A stretch of 64,000 nucleotides of DNA from Polyangiales bacterium. GTDB taxonomy: Bacteria > Myxococcota_A > Polyangia > Polyangiales > Houyiibacteriaceae. The position numbers and the translations under genes are program-made. Of this stretch, positions 57,384 through 64,000 are shown piece by piece (positions within the stretch are counted from its first letter, which is position 1; every line of letters starts with the position of its first letter). The notes under the pieces are model-generated. The model searched no databases. It was not told where the DNA came from and saw nothing but the letters and a program-made list of their open reading frames with translations. The DNA lies in contig OZ245758.1 in NCBI GenBank assembly GCA_965227405.1, positions 1,641,693 to 1,705,692 on the forward strand, read 5' to 3'.

Positions 57384-59068
57384 TGCGAACGTTCTGTTTA
57401 GTCGCGCTACTGGCGCTTGGTTGCAGCGATGAGGGACCCGAACCGGTACCCGCCGAAGTGGTCGAACGACTCTCGCCCACCGAACACTTGGTCCGCGCCA
57501 GCATGGCGATTCGTGGTGTGCGACCGGGCATTGCGGAGATCGAAGCGGTGGAAGCGGACCCTGGCGCACTGCCATCCATCGTCGACTACTACCTGACCAC
57601 CGACGAGTTCGGCGCCACGGTTCGTGACGTCTGGGCCGAAGGTCTCTTGCTGGGGATCGCCGCCGACTCCTTCCCGGCTGGTTTTGCCGCTGTGGGTGAG
57701 CTCGCTGACCGAACCACCCATGAGATCAACACCTCAATCATCGAGGCGCCCCTTCGTTTGATCGAACACGTCGTCGTCAACGACCGGCCCTTCCACGAAA
57801 TCGTCACAGCCGACTACACTCTTGCTGACGAGATCGTCGCCACCGTCTGGGGCTTGCCCTATGACAACGAAGCCGGTGGATGGCAGGTCACCACTTACGA
57901 AGACGGTCGCGACGTCGCGGGCATCCTGTCTGATGGCTTCATCTTCACGCGTCACTCCAGCACGTTCTCCAACAAGAACCGCGGACGCGCTTCACAGATT
58001 TCGCGCGGACTTCTTTGCTACGACTTCCTCGATCGTCACGTCGAGATCGACACCGGCATCGACTTGGCGGATGCCGAAGCCGTGGCCAACGCGATTCGTC
58101 GCAACGACGCCTGTGTCTCGTGCCACCAGACGCTCGATCCCCTGGCTGCATACTTCGCGAATCACTTTCCGATCCGGGTTCCCAGCGACATCACCGAGTA
58201 CCCCGTTCAACAGTACGCTCCCGAACTCGCGTTCCTGAACACCTCAAGTCCACACACCGCGTACTTTGGTCAAAGCGGCAACGGCCTGCACGACTTGGGT
58301 GTCCGGATGGCCACCGACACGCGGTTTGAGATGTGCGCAACGCGTCGTTTCTACTCGCACCTCACGCAAGTCGAGGTCGACAACATTCCACTCGAAACAG
58401 TCAGCCGATTCCGCGATGTACTCGTCAACGAAGGGCAGAACGTCAAAGCGATGGTTCGCGCCATCGTCCTCAGTGATGAGTTTGCATCCCGTCGCGTCAA
58501 CGCCGATGCCACCGACGACGAAGCCGCGCGTCTGGTGGGTATGCAGTTCGCGTCGCCGGAACAACTCGCGCGCATGATGGAGGACTTCGCCGGCTACCGC
58601 TGGGAGACCGACTTCAACTTCGACTTTGGCTTCGGAACGATTGGCCGCATCGACCTAATGCGTGACCCTTTCTTCGGCTACAGCGTGCTGGGCGGTGGCA
58701 CCGACTCGATCAGCGTCACGCGACCCACGCGCACCGTCAGTGCCAGCACCAACTTGGTCTTAACTGGATTGGCCGGGCGCACCGCCATTGCGCTGGTTCG
58801 CTACGACCTCAACGAGCCTGACCCCGCCTACCGTCGTTTGCTCACGAAGGTCGACGACACCACACAAGACGAAGCAACCATCCGCGATCAACTCATCGAC
58901 GTGCACCTGCGCTTCTACGGACAGCGCGTCACCGCGGACTCCCCCGAGATCGACGCCTTGTGGACACTCTGGTCCGGCGCACTCGCCGACCCCGAAGCCG
59001 ACCCGTGGAGAGCGTGGCAGTTCACGATCTTCGCCATGCTCCAAGACATTCGCATCGCCTACTACTGA
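57380..59068 (+). CDS. DUF1800-like lipoprotein with a CxxCH motif
   Basis: lipobox MMRTFCLVALLALGCSDE; CVSCH; sits upstream of a DUF1501-like gene, which is the usual DUF1800-DUF1501 pairing. Confidence 0.55.
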   Translation: MMRTFCLVALLALGCSDEGPEPVPAEVVERLSPTEHLVRASMAIRGVRPGIAEIEAVEADPGALPSIVDYYLTTDEFGATVRDVWAEGLLLGIAADSFPAGFAAVGELADRTTHEINTSIIEAPLRLIEHVVVNDRPFHEIVTADYTLADEIVATVWGLPYDNEAGGWQVTTYEDGRDVAGILSDGFIFTRHSSTFSNKNRGRASQISRGLLCYDFLDRHVEIDTGIDLADAEAVANAIRRNDACVSCHQTLDPLAAYFANHFPIRVPSDITEYPVQQYAPELAFLNTSSPHTAYFGQSGNGLHDLGVRMATDTRFEMCATRRFYSHLTQVEVDNIPLETVSRFRDVLVNEGQNVKAMVRAIVLSDEFASRRVNADATDDEAARLVGMQFASPEQLARMMEDFAGYRWETDFNFDFGFGTIGRIDLMRDPFFGYSVLGGGTDSISVTRPTRTVSASTNLVLTGLAGRTAIALVRYDLNEPDPAYRRLLTKVDDTTQDEATIRDQLIDVHLRFYGQRVTADSPEIDALWTLWSGALADPEADPWRAWQFTIFAMLQDIRIAYY

Positions 59069-59079
59069 GGAACTGACTG

Positions 59080-60330
59080 ATGAAAAGAAGAACACTTCTC
59101 TCTGGTGGTGCTGCGATGGCAGCGCTTGGTGGCCTGGGTGGCCTGCTCCGTGCTCGCGCATCGGGTTCGGGTGCGTGCAAGAACCTTGTCGTCGTCTTGA
59201 ACTTCGGTGGTTGGGACACGACCTACACGATCGATCCCAAACCCGGACGGGAGCGCATCGACGCCCCCGAAGGCGACGTGCGCATGTTTGGTGGTCTGCC
59301 GATCTACGACAGCGAAACACGTCCACAGGTCACTGAGTTCTTTCAGACCTGGGGAAGCGAGTGCGCGGTCGTCAACGGCGTTCAGGTTCGCTCGTTTGTG
59401 CACAGCGACTGCGTGAAACGCATCCTCACGGGCGGTCCGTCTGAGGTCACGCCCGACCTTGCGGCGATCAGTGCGTACGAACTGGGTCGCGAGCGTCCGG
59501 TGCCCTACTTGGCCTTTGGTAGTCAGGCGCGCAGTGGTCCCTTTGCATCGCTCACGGGACGGACGGGAACGCTCAATCAGCTGACGACGTTGGCGAATCC
59601 TGAGCGGGCGTATCCGCGGCCGGGCGCGTTTGGTCCCGACCAAGGCTTCCAGCCGACCGCAGCCGAATCGGAGTTGTTACGTGCGTACCTCGAGGGTCAG
59701 GCAACCGCACTTGAAACGCGGTTCGGAACGCGCGGCTACAACGGCGATCGCATCGACGACTATCGCGGCTCACTCACGCGTGCGGACTTGTTGCGACAGT
59801 TTTCGCTCGACAACGACTTGGGTGAACTGGACTACACGCCCGATTTGGCGGTTCAGGTACCGATGGCGATCAACGCGATGCGCGATGGTCTCGCTCAAAC
59901 GATCATGATGGAGACCGGCGGTTGGGACACGCACACCTACAACGCCATGCAGGGCGAGCTGCACAACAACCTGTTCGGCGCACTCAACCAGTTGGTGCAA
60001 GGCCTCAACGAAGAGAACCTCTTGAGCGACACAATGGTTGTCGTGCTCTCGGAGATGGGTCGTACGCCGCTGCTCAACGCCGACATGGGCAAAGACCATT
60101 GGCCTGTCACCAGCGCGATGCTCTTGGGCGGCGACGTACGTGGCGGTCGTGCTCTGGGTGGAACCAACGACGAACTCGGAGCGCTCTCGATGGATCTGCA
60201 AACCGGCGACGTTCGCGAAGACGGCAAGCAGCTACAGACCTCAAACTTGGTTGCTGGAATCTTGGAATCGGTCGGCGTGGATCCGGAGCCCTACTTCCCG
60301 GGTGTGGAGGCGTTCCGTGCGTTTCTGTAG
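59080..60330 (+). CDS. DUF1501-family Tat-secreted protein (sulfatase/phosphatase-like fold)
   Basis: Tat signal MKRRTLLSGGAAMAALGG; C-terminal GKDHWP..GGDVRGGRALGGTNDELGA resembles DUF1501 proteins. Confidence 0.7.
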   Translation: MKRRTLLSGGAAMAALGGLGGLLRARASGSGACKNLVVVLNFGGWDTTYTIDPKPGRERIDAPEGDVRMFGGLPIYDSETRPQVTEFFQTWGSECAVVNGVQVRSFVHSDCVKRILTGGPSEVTPDLAAISAYELGRERPVPYLAFGSQARSGPFASLTGRTGTLNQLTTLANPERAYPRPGAFGPDQGFQPTAAESELLRAYLEGQATALETRFGTRGYNGDRIDDYRGSLTRADLLRQFSLDNDLGELDYTPDLAVQVPMAINAMRDGLAQTIMMETGGWDTHTYNAMQGELHNNLFGALNQLVQGLNEENLLSDTMVVVLSEMGRTPLLNADMGKDHWPVTSAMLLGGDVRGGRALGGTNDELGALSMDLQTGDVREDGKQLQTSNLVAGILESVGVDPEPYFPGVEAFRAFL

Positions 60331-60700
60331 TGCACTGCTCTTGATTGCGGTGATGGGTTGTGCCGATGACACACCACCGCGAATCGACAACCAACTTCCC
60401 GAATGTCCAGAAGATAGCGTTCTTACGTACGAGAACTTCGGCCGGCCTTTTCTCTTGGATTGGTGCACTGGCTGTCACTCGAGCGAACTCGCCAACAACA
60501 TTCGCGGCAACGCGCCCGAGGACTTGAACTTCGACGACCCGAACTTGTTCCGGCCCTATTTGTTGGAGATGTACGACGTGGCCGCCGACGAAAACATCGA
60601 GATGCCACCTGTTGGAGGGCCTGGTTCTGCGGAGCGTCACCTCTTCGGGGAGTGGATCGCCTGTGGAGCGCCGTCGGACTACGACGTCATCTCCGAATGA
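60317..60700 (+). CDS. small c-type-cytochrome-like lipoprotein
   Basis: GTG start; lipobox LLLIAVMGCADD; CTGCH heme-binding motif; 127 aa. Confidence 0.5.
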   Translation: MRFCSALLLIAVMGCADDTPPRIDNQLPECPEDSVLTYENFGRPFLLDWCTGCHSSELANNIRGNAPEDLNFDDPNLFRPYLLEMYDVAADENIEMPPVGGPGSAERHLFGEWIACGAPSDYDVISE

Positions 60701-60722
60701 CGATTGCGCTACGCTTGGCTCG

Positions 60723-62222
60723 ATGTCGACGGAGCGATATCGAGACTTGGAACCGATCGCCCAAGGGGGGATGGGCGAGGTGTTCCGCGCAACGATGATT
60801 TCGGATGCAGGTGTCGAGAAACGCGTCGCGTTGAAGCTCCTGCACGATGCCGACGGCAGTGATGGGTTTCTCGAAGAAGCGAAGATCGCGATGGCGATGT
60901 CGCACGGCAACATCGTGCAGACCTTCGACGCCGGGCATCGTGAGGGGCGTCCCTTTTTGGCCATGGAGCTCGTCGAGGGGACGGATCTCAGTGCACTGAT
61001 CGCCCGCGGTCCCATTCCGGTCGCACACGCACTGACGATTGCGGCCGAAGCGTTGCGTGGTTTGGACTACGCGCATCGGCTTCGTTCTCCAACCGGTGCG
61101 CGTTTGGACGTCGTGCACCGTGACATCTCGCCGGCGAATTTGTTGGTGAGCCACGATGGTGAAGTGAAGGTTGCCGACTTTGGGATTGCGCGCGGTGCGG
61201 CGCATCGACAACAAGAGCGCGGGGTTCGTGGAAAGCTCGCGTACATGGCGCCGGAGCAGCTTTCGGGCAGTGCGATCGACGCGCGCGCTGATCTCTACGC
61301 CATGGGCGTGGTGTTGTTTGAGATGTTGACCGGTGAACGCCCCTTCCAAGCCGCCGACGCCGATGGACTCCGTGCAGCGATTCTTCAGGGCGGCGTCGAC
61401 GCGTCGAGCGTTCCTGCACGTGGGGTGATCGAACGCGCCATGTCTCTCGACGCTGGAGATCGGTTCGAAAACGCAGCTCAGATGCGCGAAGCGATCGAAG
61501 ACGCAGCCCGTGAAGCAGGGGAGCGTGTTTCGACACGAGCACTCCGTGACTGGATGGGCGCCACGCCTGCGCCTGCGAGTGATGGCTTCGATGCACGGCT
61601 CGGTGCGCTCTTGGGCGGTTCGCGTACGGGCACGGTGGAAGTGGAAGCCGCGGTGACCCCCCAAGCTGCAGAGCCGGACGCGTCGGACTCAGAGACTGCA
61701 ACGAGCACTCGTTCGTACACGGGATTGGTCGTGTTGGCGTTGGTGGTGTCTGCGGCGATGCCCTTTATCGGGTTCGCTTTTGATGACGACGAACCACGTC
61801 GCACATACACACCTCCACGGCCTGCGAGCATGAGGGCGATGGCGGAGAGCATGACGCCCGTGCAGGAGCCGGTTGCAGAAATGGCTGTTGCTCCGACCGT
61901 CGTGACGATGGAGCCAACGAAGAGGACGCGCCCACGCATGCGCATGTCGATGCTTGAGTCCATGCGCGTGGAACCCGAACCTGAGATGACGTCGGAAGTT
62001 GTTGGGGTGCAGCCTGGTGAGCTTTGGATTGCGAGTGAACCTTGGGCGTACGTGTCCATTGATGGGCAACGGATTGGTCGCACGACGCTTCGTGGACACA
62101 CCGTCGAACCAGGGCGGCACGTGATCGTTTTGTCCAACCCGGATGCGCAGCTGCAGCGTCGGATTCAAGTCGAGATCGAACCCGGTGAACGCAAACGACT
62201 CTCGGTAAACCTAAACGAATGA
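60723..62222 (+). CDS. Ser/Thr protein kinase with TM helix and C-terminal PEGA domain
   Basis: Hanks motifs GGMGEVF, VALKL, HRDISPANLLV, DFGIA, APE; TM LVVLALVVSAAMPFIGFAF; PEGA-like ..GELWIASEPWAYVSIDGQRIGRTT..; ORF-track start is 60612. Confidence 0.85.
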   Translation: MSTERYRDLEPIAQGGMGEVFRATMISDAGVEKRVALKLLHDADGSDGFLEEAKIAMAMSHGNIVQTFDAGHREGRPFLAMELVEGTDLSALIARGPIPVAHALTIAAEALRGLDYAHRLRSPTGARLDVVHRDISPANLLVSHDGEVKVADFGIARGAAHRQQERGVRGKLAYMAPEQLSGSAIDARADLYAMGVVLFEMLTGERPFQAADADGLRAAILQGGVDASSVPARGVIERAMSLDAGDRFENAAQMREAIEDAAREAGERVSTRALRDWMGATPAPASDGFDARLGALLGGSRTGTVEVEAAVTPQAAEPDASDSETATSTRSYTGLVVLALVVSAAMPFIGFAFDDDEPRRTYTPPRPASMRAMAESMTPVQEPVAEMAVAPTVVTMEPTKRTRPRMRMSMLESMRVEPEPEMTSEVVGVQPGELWIASEPWAYVSIDGQRIGRTTLRGHTVEPGRHVIVLSNPDAQLQRRIQVEIEPGERKRLSVNLNE

Positions 62223-63553
62223 GCGACTGGGCAACTCGGACGCTCATTCAAGATGGGCACGTTGTTTCGCAAAGCGTGCGGTGCATTCGCTTGCGTGTTC
62301 GACACGACGGAAACGAAGACGTTGTGGAACTGCGTACGCCGCGAATCCGAGTCGGTTCGCGCCCCGGACTCGAGCTAACGCTGAACGACGACGCCGTGAG
62401 TCGTACGCACTTTGAGCTGCTCGCGACCGAACGAGGCTTCCGACTGCGAGACCTGGGAAGCCGCAACGGGACAACCGTGGATGGCTATCGAACGCGCGAC
62501 ATCGAACTCAAGCGCGGTTCGGTGATTCGTGTTGGGCGCACCGAGTTGGTGTTTGAGCCCACCGAAAAAGAAGCGCCGGTGGCGCTGTACGAGTCGGATC
62601 GCTTTGGTGAGTCGGTGGGTGGCTCTGCGCGCATGCGTGAAATCTTCGCGTTGGTCGACAAGGCTGCACCCACAAGCGTGACCGTGTTGCTGCAAGGCGA
62701 GAGCGGAACCGGTAAAGAAGCGATGGCGCGTTCAATTCACCAGGCGAGTCCACGACGTGATCGTCCGTTTGTCGTGGTCGATTGCAGTGCCCTTCCGGCG
62801 AGCCTGTTGGAAAGCGAGCTTTTTGGTCATGAAAAAGGGGCATTTACTGGAGCGTCGACGCGACGACTCGGTCTGATGGAGGAAGCGCAAGGGGGAACGC
62901 TCTTCTTCGACGAAATCGGTGAGCTCCCGGTGGACATGCAGCCCAAGCTCTTGCGCGCGTTGGAATCGCGAAGCGTCCGACGCGTGGGCGGGCGCGAAAC
63001 GATCAACCTGGATGTTCGCGTGATTGCGGCGACGAACCGGGACCTTGCGGTGGAAGTGAACCGAGGTTCGTTTCGTGAAGATCTCTACTACCGGATCGCC
63101 GTGTTGGAAGTGACCTTGCCACCCTTGCGTGAGCGACCTGAGGATGTGCAGCTCTTGGTCGCGCACTTTGTGCGTGACGCATTGCGGGATGATCCGGGAC
63201 AAGCCGAGCGACTGCTTGCGAGTATTACGCGTGAGAACTGGGAGAAGCTTCGTTCGAGACCATGGCCTGGAAACGTGCGTGAGCTACGCAACGTGATCGA
63301 AGTATCGTTGGCATTGAAGGGCGACGATCCGCACTTGCAGCTGCACGGACAAAGCGTGTCTGCGCCCAGTAGTTCCGTGGATCTTGATCGTCCGTACAGC
63401 GCGCAGAAGCAGGAGTGGATCCAGCGTTTCGAGAAAGCGTACGTGTTAGGACAGCTCGAGCGACACGACGGCAACATTAGCCAAGCCGCGCGCGCGAGCG
63501 GTCTGGAGCGAATGCACTTCAAGCGAATCCTGAAGAAGCACACCGACGGCTAA
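62219..63553 (+). CDS. sigma-54-dependent transcriptional activator with N-terminal FHA domain
   Basis: FHA ..[24 protein letters not shown]..; Walker A GESGTGKE; GAFTGA motif; C-terminal Fis [24 protein letters not shown]; ATGA overlap with the kinase. Confidence 0.9.
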   Translation: MSDWATRTLIQDGHVVSQSVRCIRLRVRHDGNEDVVELRTPRIRVGSRPGLELTLNDDAVSRTHFELLATERGFRLRDLGSRNGTTVDGYRTRDIELKRGSVIRVGRTELVFEPTEKEAPVALYESDRFGESVGGSARMREIFALVDKAAPTSVTVLLQGESGTGKEAMARSIHQASPRRDRPFVVVDCSALPASLLESELFGHEKGAFTGASTRRLGLMEEAQGGTLFFDEIGELPVDMQPKLLRALESRSVRRVGGRETINLDVRVIAATNRDLAVEVNRGSFREDLYYRIAVLEVTLPPLRERPEDVQLLVAHFVRDALRDDPGQAERLLASITRENWEKLRSRPWPGNVRELRNVIEVSLALKGDDPHLQLHGQSVSAPSSSVDLDRPYSAQKQEWIQRFEKAYVLGQLERHDGNISQAARASGLERMHFKRILKKHTDG

Positions 63554-63654
63554 TCTTCTGCGGGTGAATTCTGGGGACGCGTTTACTGGTTACCCGGACC
63601 TGCCCTGAAACAGCTCGATCTGCCGGCATTTTTGCAAAACCAACGCAAAACGAC

Positions 63655-63954
63655 TCAACGCCGCGCGAGTGCCTCGGCGGCAATCAACGCTGTGGGCGCG
63701 CCCTTCTTCCGAACCAACACGAGTTGGTAACGACCCGTTTCGTAGACAGGTTCACCCTGTGGACTGGTCCCAACTTGCTCGAGGTGTGTGGGCGTCGCGT
63801 CCCAAATCACTTCCGCAGGCAACGACTCCTTAAAGCTCCTTCGGTCGAACTCCACTGTGCTGACGAAGCCGGTCACGATCTCCAACCGGAAGCCGCGCTT
63901 GCTCTCTGCAAAGCCGTCGTCATCCTCGATCTCGACCGCGGAGCACAACTTCAA
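63655..63954 (-). CDS. hypothetical protein
   Basis: 99-aa ORF near the window edge; no motif recognised. Confidence 0.3.
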   Translation of the reverse strand: MKLCSAVEIEDDDGFAESKRGFRLEIVTGFVSTVEFDRRSFKESLPAEVIWDATPTHLEQVGTSPQGEPVYETGRYQLVLVRKKGAPTALIAAEALARR

Positions 63955-64000
63955 CGCGCGCTTGACCTCGGGAGACTCGTAGTAACTACCCAGCAGAGCA

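Noticed and set aside
10731-63578. Shared 12-mer AATTCTGGGGAC right after two stop codons (10733 and 63567)
   Set aside because: A 12-mer match is expected by chance many times in 64 kb of biased composition; no extended similarity around it.
1-64000. tRNA, rRNA or tmRNA genes
   Set aside because: No cloverleaf-type conserved motifs (GTTCRANYC T-loop and so on) found in any intergenic region; all intergenic spacers are explained by promoters, terminators or the repeat family.

Overview
High-GC (~67%) chromosomal segment that looks myxobacterial (Myxococcota): many lipoproteins, two eukaryotic-like Ser/Thr kinases, an FHA-sigma54 activator, RCC1-repeat and PEGA-domain proteins, and a TIGR02147-like gene. 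I call about 60 genes. Housekeeping includes ruvC-ruvA-ruvB, gabD, an aquaporin, a RegB/RegA-like two-component system, a D-aminoacylase and an M20 peptidase. There is one IS3-family insertion sequence and no tRNA, rRNA or CRISPR. The most unusual signals are: (i) a family of dispersed MITE-like intergenic repeats built on a shared core (gcttccggatccgcgaagcggaatgc) and related TTAGTGGRAG hairpin elements; (ii) a TetR-controlled operon of a Coq4-like gene plus two tandem paralogous ~720-aa polytopic membrane proteins of unknown function; (iii) a six-gene plus-strand cluster of secreted Cys-rich / CxxCH / DUF1800-DUF1501 proteins coupled to a kinase and an FHA-sigma54 activator; (iv) separate genes encoding a tandem degenerate PARP-type zinc-finger protein and a WGR-domain protein with a histone-H1-like linker. 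Long antisense ORFs are common in this GC-rich DNA and were rejected. Printed and ORF-track numbering disagreed by 1 nt in one place, so I follow the ORF track.
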